DNA from: Azolla caroliniana
Lineage: Eukaryota > Plantae > Polypodiophyta
Length of the DNA stretch: 64,000 bases
Assembly (NCBI GenBank): GCA_043228905.1
Contig: JBHGNT010000003.1
Location: forward strand, 15,934,001-15,998,000
Direction: 5' to 3'
Shown: positions 9,701 to 19,661 of the stretch, piece by piece
How the letters are laid out: each line of letters begins with the position of its first letter
How positions within the stretch are numbered: the stretch's first letter is position 1
Made by a program: the position numbers and the translations under genes
The notes under the pieces: model-generated
The model's database searches: none
What the model saw: the letters and a program-made list of their open reading frames with translations, nothing else
What the model was told of the DNA's origin: nothing

Positions 9701-12573
9701 CCGAGGTCCACCTCTTCCAGCTGAGATGCTTTCACCCTTTGGGATATCGTCATTTCTCTTTCTAGGGCTTCCTGTGCTTGGCGTAGTTCCCGGATCGCCA
9801 CTTTGTCCGGCTCGTCCGGCATTGTGATGTACGGCTCTACCGCTGCCGTGATATCCACCTCAAAAAGTGGGACGATCTGTGGGTGTTCCTCGAGGTACCG
9901 ATCAACTTCCTCATCCGGTAAGCCCTCCAACATGTTGATGCTTTCGGCATATAAAGGGGTTGCCTCCTTGCTAGTGAGCACCCGTGGTTGCGTGGCTACC
10001 CGTACCTTTGTTTTCCCTCGTCGGAACGTGATCATATTCTTTTGCCAGTTTTGCTTGATATGCGCCGTTCGCAGCCATGGTCGTCCTAACAGTAGGGGAT
10101 ATGCGCCTTGTACATTCAACTCTAGTACCACGGCCGATATTCGGAATACGTGGCCTCCTATTGTTACTTCCAAGTCCCGGATAAGACCAGTTGGTCGGAC
10201 TGAGCTTGTATCCGCCATGCGTAACCAGAAGGGGCATGGTTCCCACTCCTGGATGCCTAGGTCGTCGCATGTCTGTCGACTAATGACGTTCACCCCGGAG
10301 CCTCCGTCAATAATTGTTCCTGGAATCTCCTTTCCTTTGACGATTGTCGTGATTGCTGGGCTACTGGTATCAACCACCGCTGGGCCATCCTCCGGGTTGG
10401 AGAAAAATGCCGGTGCCGGCGTCGGCGTCGGTTTGCTCACGGCGGCTTGTAAGTCTGCTGTAAACCGCGGCACCAACTGTAGTAACCGTGCCAACGGCAG
10501 CACGATCTGACAATCTTGTAGTGCTTGCCATGTCGGGTTTTCTCCTGGCTGTACGATTTCCTCCTCCCTTGGCATATTTTGGTTTCTTACTTCCGCCGCA
10601 CCTTGTTCGTTGGCTTCTTTGATCCATTGTGCCGCTTGTTTTCTGATTGCTTCCTGGGCTTCCCATTCGGCGGCCTTCCCTTTCGACCGCGTGGTAACCT
10701 GCTGTACTTCGGCTGTCACCATGTTGACTGCTGGCTGCTTGTCGGCTGTTTTGCTTGGGCATTGATTACTGTAATGCCCTTCTTTTCGGCAGTAATAACA
10801 GTACACCCTGTGCGTGTTGCTGGATTCTCCTTTTTCCCATGTTTGGGGGAGGGGCATTCCCCGGCCGTTGTCCTCGGTTTTTTGGTTCTCCGGTGCCGCT
10901 ACTGGTTTGTCATTCCTTGTTGCCTCCCGACGCTCCTCTCTACGGAAGAATCCACGCCTTTGGTTCCGTCGGAAATTCCGGTTCCCTGGCCGCCTTTCTT
11001 CTCTGCGTCGCTCATATTCCGGGGATTCGTCTCGGTCGTACCGGTCCCGGGGGTAGCTATCCCTTCGGTTCTCCTCTCGGTCGTACCGGTCCCGGGGGTA
11101 GCTATCCCTTCGGTTCTCCTCTCGGTCATAGCTGTCGCGTCTTCTATCGGGGTATCTGTCGCCGCGTTCTCGTCGGTAGCGGTCGTCCCTCCGGAATCGA
11201 TCCTCTTCCGGGTCCCGATTGCGCGGTTCTATGTGTCGGACCGGTGCCGCTTGTCGAGTTAACAGGTTATACTCGCATTGGTTCGTTGTGTGGGCGCGAG
11301 AATTGCATATCATGCACTGTGCGCGCAGGGTGCAGTCAACGGTCGAGTGCCCCGAATTTAGGCATGTTGTGCATTGTAGGGCTTGTCGGAACCGGAGGTC
11401 CTCCTCCTTCGGAAGCGCCTGGTGTAACGCCCCCATCGGCAAGAAGGGGCTCGTGTTGTCCATTTCCAGGACCCGATCAATGACTTGGTCCATTGTGCTG
11501 GTGCTGAAATCGATGATTCCACACATCGCTCGAAGTGGGTCTTTTAACGCAGCCAAAAAGACTGCCTTGGCCTCCTCTTCGGGTGGTGCTCTTGCTAATT
11601 GACTGTGCAAGGTCTGGAAACGAATGATAAATTGTGGGACCGTCTCGTTTTCTCCCTGCCGAGTGGTGTAGAATTGTCCGACCAATTCCCTTTGTTCCAC
11701 TCGTCTATGGAACAAGCGTAAAAACTGGGTTTTCAATGCCTCGAACGTGGCGAAGCTGCCTGGTAAGTGCTTGTCGTGCCACCGGGCCGCCGGTCCTTCT
11801 AATGTCATGCCGAATTCGGCGACTTTGGATCGGTCGGCCTCGGGCTCCGTCAGTCTCTGGGACACGTGGTTGGCTTCCCATGTTCGCAGGAATGCATACA
11901 CATGTGCCTCTCCGTCGGGCTCATCCCGATACTTTGGGTACGGATACGGCATCGTGTCGTCCCACTGATTCTCCTGCGCTGGTTCCTCCGATGTCGGTCT
12001 CCGCTCCTGCGGTTCCTCCGCAGGTGGTGTTGGTATCCGCTCCTGCGGTTCCTCCGCGGGTGGTGTTGATAACCGCTCCTGCGGTTCCTCCGCGGGTGGT
12101 GTTGATAACCGCTCCTGCGGCTCCTCCGCGGGTGGTGTTGGTATCCGCTCCTCCCTCCTCGGCGATTGCCGGTCACCGAACTCCAGAGTTAGTTCCTCCT
12201 CTGGCTCCGATGTTGCTGAGTGATCCGACTCAAAGGGGTTGTTCTCGTGCCTGCTTTTATAGCGGGATCCCACGCTTTCCCCGCTATCCGAATCCGCCTC
12301 TAATGTTGCAAATGCCGCTGCGTCCCCGTCGCCGCCAGCGAGAGTCTGTAGTAGTGTCTCCGCTTCTTGGAGGCTGGTTATGCTACTGCCTTCGTCGGAA
12401 GCTTGTAGAACCTGGAACTGCAGTGCGTCTTCTGCGATTTGCCGAAGCGTTTTTGAGAATGACCGATCGCGCCGGATCTCGTCGACGGCTTGCTGCAGGG
12501 CTTCCCGTCGTCGCTGCCGTTCGGCGTGGCGTCTCCCTCTTTCGGTGATGTGGTCGTTATTTTGTCTAGACAT
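6781..12573 (-). CDS. Element C Gag-Pol polyprotein (Gag with 3 CCHC knuckles, PR, RT, RNase H, INT)
   Basis: Single open frame; PR IIDGGSGVN; RT FLDGFSGYNQI, FLDDF; RH VDASD, RNYSTTEREAL; INT WGLDFVGP, PQANG, WTGPF, NGFRLKPY; first ATG after the PBS is at 12573. Confidence 0.95.
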   Translation of the reverse strand: MSRQNNDHITERGRRHAERQRRREALQQAVDEIRRDRSFSKTLRQIAEDALQFQVLQASDEGSSITSLQEAETLLQTLAGGDGDAAAFATLEADSDSGESVGSRYKSRHENNPFESDHSATSEPEEELTLEFGDRQSPRREERIPTPPAEEPQERLSTPPAEEPQERLSTPPAEEPQERIPTPPAEEPQERRPTSEEPAQENQWDDTMPYPYPKYRDEPDGEAHVYAFLRTWEANHVSQRLTEPEADRSKVAEFGMTLEGPAARWHDKHLPGSFATFEALKTQFLRLFHRRVEQRELVGQFYTTRQGENETVPQFIIRFQTLHSQLARAPPEEEAKAVFLAALKDPLRAMCGIIDFSTSTMDQVIDRVLEMDNTSPFLPMGALHQALPKEEDLRFRQALQCTTCLNSGHSTVDCTLRAQCMICNSRAHTTNQCEYNLLTRQAAPVRHIEPRNRDPEEDRFRRDDRYRRERGDRYPDRRRDSYDREENRRDSYPRDRYDREENRRDSYPRDRYDRDESPEYERRREERRPGNRNFRRNQRRGFFRREERREATRNDKPVAAPENQKTEDNGRGMPLPQTWEKGESSNTHRVYCYYCRKEGHYSNQCPSKTADKQPAVNMVTAEVQQVTTRSKGKAAEWEAQEAIRKQAAQWIKEANEQGAAEVRNQNMPREEEIVQPGENPTWQALQDCQIVLPLARLLQLVPRFTADLQAAVSKPTPTPAPAFFSNPEDGPAVVDTSSPAITTIVKGKEIPGTIIDGGSGVNVISRQTCDDLGIQEWEPCPFWLRMADTSSVRPTGLIRDLEVTIGGHVFRISAVVLELNVQGAYPLLLGRPWLRTAHIKQNWQKNMITFRRGKTKVRVATQPRVLTSKEATPLYAESINMLEGLPDEEVDRYLEEHPQIVPLFEVDITAAVEPYITMPDEPDKVAIRELRQAQEALEREMTISQRVKASQLEEVDLGTTEQPRPVKVAKELPKEEKQAMVALLTEFKDVFAWSYEDMRGLDPQLYQHQIHLSTDAKPIAQRRYRMNPNYAAKVKEEIDKLLRVGFIRPVKQATWLSPIVVVPKKNGKIRVCVDYRKLNAATVTDAFPLPFTDGVLDAVAGHEVYSFLDGFSGYNQIRMNPADQEKTAFVTEWGVFVAVVMMFGLKTAPTTFQRIIMEIFGDFIPGFMQVFLDDFAVYSRHGEHLDHLRLCLEKCREYRLSLNPAKCVFGVASGNLLGHVVSREGIAVDPDKVKAILDATAPNSAKALSRFLGQIRWHSRMIRHLADFATPLHAAVHRVPFQWTETEEKAYQALKVMLSQAPVVQPPDWSKSFHVFVDASDVAIGSVLMQLTEPNWYRPVYYASRKLSKAERNYSTTEREALGMVYSVTKYRHYLLGRKFSFHVDHSALLYLVSKAALTGKLARWTLLLQEFEFDIFHRPGVQHAVADYLSRLESGESGDGVQDEFPDAELFKITTAPATETTVADEDKWLTEMHQFLSTGVPPENLDRDERKRMAVRSRHFCLVGDTLYHKGADGVWRRAVRSDEKDLILREAHCGIAGGHYASETTARKIWQSGLWWPTTMRDAVKYSRECDLCQRLGQPTEQARMPHHPVLPLEPFQKWGLDFVGPFKPPAMRTGNRYIIVATDYCTKWVEAKAVRDNTAASTAKFLYECIWCRYGCPIELISDQGGHFLGQVVESLTSFYAVVHKRSTPYYPQANGLAESTNKTLQNILRKIVNENRTDWDTKLQSVLWAYRTAYKTSIRTTPFRLAFGLEAVMPVEFQIPSLRIQVKERLSEKESERIRLKMLLELEENRIASLLQLELEQRRRKAFVDRHRRGNEKEFEVGKPVLLFQTRMGSMPGKLRFRWTGPFWITKEYNGSYQLGTLSGEVVGKWANGFRLKPYKGHMPANPFKQDPENPNGEEPTPTRNNDEEPTTVRTDPNTSGGTEQ
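11034..11127 (-). repeat. 45-bp tandem repeat encoding DREENRRDSYPRDRY in Gag
   Basis: Two near-perfect copies of ccggtcccgggggtagctatcccttcggttctcctctcggtcgta. Confidence 0.85.
12000..12152 (-). repeat. 36-bp tandem repeat encoding ER(I/L)(P/S)TPPAEEPQ, about 4 copies
   Basis: Visible in both DNA and translation. Confidence 0.85.
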
Positions 12574-12609
12574 CCATCCCCCGGTTGTCCTCTGCACTCT
12601 GCAGGAATC

Positions 12610-12619
12610 GTGGTCGCCA
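12610..12619 (-). promoter_or_regulatory. Element C PBS TGGCGACCAC (tRNA-Arg)
   Basis: 6 nt from the 5' LTR; complementary to the plant tRNA-Arg(UCG) 3' end ...GUGGUCGCCA as recalled. Confidence 0.75.
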
Positions 12620-12625
12620 AAATAG

Positions 12626-12996
12626 TGTTGTATGTATGGCTGGACTAGCCTCAACACAGGTGTCTATCCGACACTTCTCCAAAGGGGTGGTAGGGATAGA
12701 ATGTTAATACACGCGTATGATAATTACACTTAAGCACAGACGAAGACAAGATTAATCAGCATAAGCAAAACTATATTAATTCTTCGCCCCTTCATTACAA
12801 AACATCGGATCCTTTTATAGGCATCCGGCCAGATTACAATCGGTGCTCGGTAGGCAACCGTTAACCGAAACCGAATCGGTTCGGATCCGGATCGGTTACA
12901 ACTACCGGATCCGTCCCTCCTAATAATTCTATTCCTATTTCTATATTTATCCGATCCGACCTTGCTTTCCCATTTGCCTTCTCTGACCGGCCAACA
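12626..12996 (-). repeat. Element C 5' LTR (371 bp)
   Basis: Matches 2878-3248. Confidence 0.96.
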
Positions 12997-13001
12997 CCAC
13001 C

Positions 13002-15976
13002 TATTAGAATAAGAAGTGTTCGACGGTTCTAGAATTCCCATCCTCACCTTCTCCTTTAAGAGCTCGATCAACTTCGGTAGGTGTGCTCTCGGAACCGGTA
13101 TCTGTTTCAAATTCCAAGGCACATGCGGCACTGTGAAGATCACCATCGGTTCTACCGTCCTTGGATTAGCACACCCGATTTCTTGTGGGAAAAATGCGAA
13201 AGCCTTCCCATGTCTTTCAAGCATTCCACGAAACATCCACTCCTCTTCAAGGAGGAGGAAATCCTCCCTTCCAACTCGTAGCTTTCCCTTCATCTCTTCA
13301 GTGAAGACATGTCCAGTTGTATTTGGGTTCCTTAAGCTTGGATCTTTTGCAACTTCCTTAATCTTTTGCCAACTATCTTCCGGTAGCGGAACTGCAACTG
13401 GCTTGATCTTCCTATCCACAGTTTTATATTTTGTGTTGACTTCGGCTTCCTCTATCAAGATGCCTCGATGATATTCATCGATGATAGTATACATATTGAC
13501 GGAGGTAACCGAAATCACATGTTGATGGTTAGGATAGCTCAAGTCCACGACTTCCTCGATTTCGCCGATGGTGTCGTTAAATGAGGCTTCCTCCAAAATA
13601 TATGACACGAATTCTTCTTCTTCGATTATGCTTTCTTCTTTCAGCACCTCCTCGAAGTCTTGTATCTGACACTTTTCCTTCTTGTTGAGTAGTCTTAGTT
13701 TGCATGCGCCGCTAGGTATGACTCATGTTGCTTCTCCTTGCAATCCATGCACTTTGCTTCCTTGTGGGGACTTAAGATTGCTCAGACTATTTGTGCCCCA
13801 TGCTTCAATAGTCCGCTTTAAAAATCCGAGGATTCGCCTCCAAGGCTATCTCGGTTCCTTTCATATGATTAGCTCACATCGTCAGGAATTGAACATATCT
13901 TTTACTATCAAGACTCTTGACGCGCGCGAAGGCTGCTCCATTATCGAACACCTTGGTCTCCATCCGGGACGATGTTATATACGGTTGTCCTAGGATGACA
14001 GGATGCGAAGCCGAGTCTTGCACGAAGAAGTGTTGATCAATCTCCACATCCCCGATCGTGACTTTAATGATGGGGCAAGCTTCGTACAAGTCCTCCGTAG
14101 CCTTCGTCGCCGCTCAAATCTTCCATCTGTGGTTTGTTTTAATCGGCCATCTTCCTTTCTTGTAGAACTCGGTCGACATGAGGTTTATCTCTGAGCCATG
14201 GTCAATCAAAGAGACCACGGTCTCTTTCTTCTCCCCGATCTTCACCGGTGTCTCCATTGTCGCTCTTGCCCAATGAGGCCGAGAGTAATGGCTATCCGTC
14301 ACCACTTCTTCTTCTTCATCCTCTTCCGATCTTGCCATGGTTATGGTACTTGTTTTCACCTCCTCTTCATCAGATTGTTGCTGCTTCCTTTTAATAAGGT
14401 CCACGATAGTATCATGGAACTCCTTCTTCGCGATCCCAAGTAGCTCTCTCAAGGTAAGGTCGACATGACTATCTAAAACCTTCTCCTCAAGGACCTTCCG
14501 CAAGTTAGTTGTTTGTTCTTTGTCCGACCTTAGCTTGTAAGTCGGTTCCGCTCGTTCTTTTCCTTTCTTAGTTGATTCTTCAACTTCCATCCGAGCAGGT
14601 TGGCTCGATCCACCGGGCTTCATGTTTGTTTCACCAATCTCTTTTCATGGGATAGGTTGGGGCGGCCCTTCTTTCCCCCCGTTCCTCGTGTTAGGACGCT
14701 TTGATGTGCCATCTTCTTCACCGGTTCTTTTCCTCTTCTCTTCGACAAGGGCTTCATAGGTGTCACACACAACCTCCGCAAAGCTTGTGTTTTCGTCGAT
14801 TGGATCTGACCATCTAGTAGCTCGTCGCACGTTTCGGTTAGCAAGTTTTAGATCCTCTGAATTGATTTTGCCTTTTTCTTCGCACTCGAAGACTGTTGGC
14901 CAAAACCCAGCTCTTGGCTTGATCATTTTAAGATTCTCTTTTCCAACTCGTATCCCAGCCGAAGCGGCATAGTGCATAGCCTCCACAAGCCTTGCATCGT
15001 CTTCTTCTACAATCTTTTTCAGCCCACCTCTTCCGAAGTTCACTCATAGTGGCTTCTGGGTCTCGCTCGAGTGAATCATGTTGCGGATCGCATCTTGCAA
15101 GTCAACACATTCCCGTCGTGAGTGTTCGAAGCTATCGCACCACGCACATCTATACGCTTCTTTTCCCTTGGGCTCGCGTCGACCTAAGTTGGCAAGCGAT
15201 ACCGCTTCAAACTTCTTGGAGAGCTCTTGGATTATAGACTCCTCCATTGCTTTCTTGTCGAAATTGTTGATCAGCTTACTAGGCTCAATCATCTTAGGTG
15301 CCTTCTTCCACAATTGTGGATTCTCGACCTCAGCTTCCTCTTGCCATTGTCGCCACTTATCAAAATGGCTGCAAGCCTTCTTCACCGCCGCCCAATCCGC
15401 TACCAAGCCATTTGGTTGCGTTTCGTCCTCCAAGAAACTTCCCAATTCTCGCCGATCTTTTGCATCCACTGCCTTTAGGAATAGAAAGACTTTATCTCCA
15501 TCAAGAACTCATTGCTCGACACTCGGAAGTCGGTTGTACTTCTGGTCGAATTTGGCATAAACTCCCGATGCACACAGATTCTTCCCTTTCTTCTCGATCC
15601 AATTCATTAACGTATGCCAAGTCATCCATGATGCGTCTTCAAGCATGTATTCAGTGAGAAGATCCCTTTCGAACTCCACCCAAGTTGCATGCTCGTTTTG
15701 GATCTCCATCACACGCTCACGGATCCCGGGTTCTACCACACGCTTAAAGCTTGAAATTTGTTTTAGATCATGGACATCTCTTTGTTGCATCTCGTTCCGG
15801 TAGGTAGCAAGGAAATTTGTGATGTTCTTGCCACCGAATCTTCCAGCTGTCTCCACAGTTCGGTCAACAGCTTTGTCAACTAAAACCTCCCGATCTCTCT
15901 CTTTCAGCATGAATTCGACGACGGACACCATGCCTTTCGTCAATTCTTCTCCTTGAGTTCCACTTGTCGAAGCCAT
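13002..15976 (-). pseudogene. Element A gag, protease and pol N-terminus, disrupted
   Basis: Gag 15044-15976 (GRFGGKN, CAWCDSFEHSRREC); PR LIDHGSEINLMS; pol N-part TKYKTVDRKIKPV, HVPWNLK. Confidence 0.88.
13764..13827 (-). promoter_or_regulatory. Putative -1 ribosomal frameshift signal in element A
   Basis: G GAT TTT TAA, 6-nt spacer, stem ggactatt/aatagtct, loop tgggg pairing with downstream cccca; same architecture in element B. Confidence 0.75.
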
Positions 15977-16010
15977 CTTCCTACTTGATATCCTCCTACT
16001 GCCTCGTTTA

Positions 16011-16025
16011 ACGTTGGGTTCACCA
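16011..16025 (-). promoter_or_regulatory. Element A PBS TGGTGAACCCAACGT (tRNA-Trp)
   Basis: 4 nt from the LTR; matches the plant tRNA-Trp 3' end ...ACGUCGGGUUCACCA with one transition. Confidence 0.8.
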
Positions 16026-16029
16026 AAGA

Positions 16030-17277
16030 TGTCGCGAAAATACGACGAGGATACGTGAACATTGAGGCAAGACCCCGGGGCCTTTGACTAGAGGATATCA
16101 AAATCGTGTATTTATATACTAAGAATTAACCGAAATGAGAAAGATTAACAAATTTCATTAACAAGTAGAAAGAAAGATTACAATTAATCCCAAGATTGGG
16201 ATTACAAAAAGTTTGCTAATGGAGATGGTTAGAGTAATAGATTAGAGGAAATTAAGATATGAATTCTATAGAAAATTAGGGTTTTTGGCTTTGATAAGAG
16301 ATTATGGTTTTATGAGTTGAATAGCTTCCGTATGGAAATTTAGGGTTATGAGTAAGATATGGCTTCCGTAAGGAAATTAGGGCTTTACTTGAGAGATATG
16401 GCTTCGATAAGATAGGGGAGCTCCGAAGGAAAAGAAAAACAATATAGTATATATAGAGAGTCTGAGTGTAGGAAAAAAAATGGAACTTTATATAGAGTTC
16501 TCCCTTGATCATCTGCATGTCCAGTTTTTGTTGCATGGCCTCTACTTTTAGTTGTTTAGCTTTTTCTTTTAGTTGCATGGCTTTTTTGTTTAGTTGCATG
16601 TGACCGTCCACATGACCTTTACTTTTTGCATGCACTCCAACTTTAGTTGCTTGCGTCCACATGGCCTTTACTTTAGTTTGTTGCATGATCCAATCTTCCG
16701 TCCGTCCGCGTCCAACCTCGTCCGGTTGCCAGTTTCGCCCGATCACCGAATCCCTTACCGGTCGGTTCCATTTTGCTTGCCGGCCGGTTCCGGTTCCGAT
16801 TTTGCTTGCCAGCCAGTTCCGGTTTTGCTTACCGGCCGGTTCCTATTCTGGTTTGCTTGTCGGTTTCTGGATTTGCTTACCGGCCGATTTCCGGTTCTGC
16901 TTGCCGGCCGGGTTCGGTTCCGGTTTTGCTTAACGGCCGGTTTCTGAATTTTGGGAACTTGGCCACCATCATCCATCAAGACAAAGTGGCCAAAGTGCTC
17001 TTAGCACAAATGAAAGAGGAGGGAGCTCAAGGTGCTTATATAGCCAGGGCCTTAACTTTCCTATCTATGTGGGATAGTTCTAATTTCCTTATCTTCTCAA
17101 ACTTCATTTTCACATAACTTGATATGTATTTCTCCATTTTGTATATAGTAAAATACGTTTTGAAGCTCTGGAGTATATCCATTTTTCTATAGTAAGCTAC
17201 TAATCTAATCTATAATAATTATTTCATTATTTTTTATTTTTTTTATTTTTACATAGTGTGTGAAGATTCACACGACA
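16030..17277 (-). repeat. Element A 5' LTR (~1248 bp) with a CCGG-rich short-repeat block at 16720-16945
   Basis: TGTCG...CGACA termini; end matches 1-180. Confidence 0.9.
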
Positions 17278-19335
17278 ATGTGGACTATGACGAGACCTTC
17301 GCGCCTGTCACGAAGATGACTACCGTGCAAGTTCTACTAGCCATAGCAGCAGCAAAGGGGTGGCACTTACATTAGATGGATGTAAAGAACACGTTCCTGC
17401 AAGGTGATCTTCAGGAGCAGGTGTACATGGTACAGCCCCCCAGATTTCTATCCGAACAAAACACCTCGACAATTTGCCGATTGAAGAAGTCCTTATACGG
17501 ACTAAAGCAAGCCCCGCGACCCTAGAACGCAAAGATTACACAACAGTTGCGTAGGATGGGGTTTGTGCCATTGAAATTAGACTCTTCTCCATTTGTTCGG
17601 CAAGGTCAATATGGACCGGTCAGCCTGCTCTTGTACGTTGATGATTTAGTCATCGTCAGTGCCGACCTTCACGAAATCCGTCGTGTGAAGTCTCTGCTTG
17701 CGGCATCGTTTGAAATGAAGGATCTCAGAGACCTTCATTACTTCCTCGAGATCGAAGTGATCCGTACCCCCGAAGGCATATTGATCAGCCAGCGTCATTA
17801 CGCGTTGAATATGCTCTTCAAGTTCGGGTGTGCAAACTGGAAGCCCATCTCGACCCCTCTGGATAGAAACACAAAGCTTCGCCGAGATTCGGGGAAGGCG
17901 TGCGACCCAACACGGTTCCGACAGATTGTCGGAAGCCTTATCTATCTGACGATTACTCGGCCAGATCTTAGTTATCCAGTCAGCCTAATCAATGAATTCA
18001 TGTCGCAGCCTACGACCGAACACATTTAGTGCCCGCAACAGATACTGCGTTATGTCAGCGGCACGAAAGACATGGCATTGTTTTATCGGGTAGGTGTAGT
18101 TGAACAGTTAGTAAGCTACACGGATGCCGATTAGGCCGGAAATGCCCACGATCATAGATCCACATCCGGATACGCATTCTCTCTAGGAAGTGCGGCGACT
18201 GCGTGGAGCAGTAAGAAGCAGCCGACAGTAGCACTGTCGAGCACAGAGGCCGAGTATCGAGGTGCGACTATCGCTACGTGCAAAGTCATTTGGCTAAAAT
18301 GACTATTACGGATCTGCATGTAGAGGTGTCTGATCCGTCGACGATCTTTTGTGACAACCTCAGTAGTATCTACCTTCTAAAAAACCCCATGTTCCATGCC
18401 CAGACCAAGCACATTGAGGTGCATTACCATTTTTTCCACGAGCGGGTCCTTTCACGAGAAGTCAAACTAGCGTATGTTCTGACAGATCGGCAAGTTGCCG
18501 ACATCTTTACCAAGCCTCTTGGTCTCAACAAGTTACGACATTTCTCAGGTGAGCTAGGGTTGCATCACCTCGACACACCGAATTGGAGACAACCAATTCA
18601 GATGAGAGCGGAATTGAATCGGAAGCGTTCGATTCACTCGGAATGTTTGATTTGGATACGCCGAATCAACTGAAGGCCATGCGGAGAAAAGGTCAGCGAA
18701 GGACGTGCCGACACCGCGACGAGGGAGCTGAGAAGCGCCAAACAAGCAAACAAGCCAACCGAAAGGGTCGAAGCACGTGGAATCGAACGGGTCGAGGAGC
18801 GCGAGCGAGGCGTGAAGCCAGAAGGAACTAGAGCGTAGATCCAGAAGAGCAGATGGAACCTCAAGTTGAGCTTGAGGGGGAGTGTTGAGTGACAAGCTCA
18901 ACGTTGGTGCGTAACACGGTGTGTAACCTAGTGCGTAGACTAGGTGCGTAAAACATTACGCATAACGTTAGCCGTAACGGTGCGAACACCGTGAGGCCGT
19001 TAGAAAGATATTCCTTGAAAGGAATAATTTTGGGAGGGAGTGTAGCGGCTCATTTATGAGCGTCAAGTACTGTCAGTACTTGTGTTAGCCCGATTGTCAG
19101 GGCTTGTATAAAAGGTGCTCACTCAGCACGGTGTATGTACAAAGAGAGTCACTATTTTGAATTCGAGTTTTCGATTGTCTACTCTCTGTGTCTGTTTCTC
19201 CCTCTCCATCTCCATCTCTGCGTTTTTTGTGTTTTACCAAACTGTCTTATTCCTCCGAACTGTGTACTTGTGTTTCACATACATTTCTGCACACACTATT
19301 CTTTTACAGACACTACATTTGTAACTTGTTATACA
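17278..19335 (+). mobile_element. Element D: decayed Ty1/copia 3' part (RT-RH, PPT, 3' LTR ~18883-19335), inserted in copia E
   Basis: LLLYVDD, TRPDL, VALSSTEAEY, ADIFTKPL; PPT gagggggag then TGTTGAG; LTR end inferred from resumption of copia RT (FGM..CK). Confidence 0.85.
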
Positions 19336-19661
19336 ACTTCGGGATGATTGAGTGTAAGTGTGTGGCAACCCCTCTCAATTGGAACCTGAAGTTAACTACG
19401 AACTTTGGCACAGAAGAGTATGAGCCGACTTAGTACCGACAACTGATCGGGAGCCTCATCTATGTCATGATCACTCGACCTAACCTGAGCTATTCAATTG
19501 GCCTCGTTAGCCAATTCATGCAAACTCCCCGAAATATCCATTTGGATTGTGCTAAGCGAGTGCTACGATACGTGAGTGGAACGATGGACTATGGTATTCT
19601 CTACAAGTTAGCCATGCCAATTCAACTCGAAGGGTACACAGATGCCAACTAGGCCGGCTGT
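19336..19661 (+). pseudogene. Element E copia RT/RH, left part (resumes at ~38061)
   Basis: FGMIECK..TRPNLSYS..EGYTDAN*AGC; continues as STSGFVFSLG at ~38070. Confidence 0.8.

Larger units (their letters stand above)
2878..12996 (-). mobile_element. Element C: intact, very young Athila-like Ty3/gypsy LTR retrotransposon with a 3' extra ORF
   Basis: TG..CA LTRs 2878-3248 and 12626-12996, identical by eye; TSD CCACC (2873-2877 / 12997-13001); removing it restores host RT YSNRWFTVPKK. Confidence 0.97.
1..17277 (-). mobile_element. Element A: decayed Ty3/gypsy LTR retrotransposon (non-chromoviral, tRNA-Trp-primed); 3' LTR runs off the left edge; interrupted by element C; inserted in copia D RT
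   Basis: 1-180 matches 17099-17277 (LTR end ...cacacgaca); PPT and PBS present; gag/PR/RT/RH/INT fragments in order on the minus strand; right flank ATGT continues as copia RT (VDYDETFAPV). Confidence 0.92.

Noticed and set aside
11034-12152. CRISPR-like repeats
   Set aside because: Contiguous in-frame coding repeats with no unique spacers; eukaryotic context
12574-12657. Gag-Pol N-terminus starting inside the LTR, as in the ORF track
   Set aside because: Non-ATG start that spans the LTR and PBS; the first plausible ATG is at 12573
12730-13647. 305-aa ORF as a real gene
   Set aside because: Chimera of element A pol read through into the LTR of inserted element C
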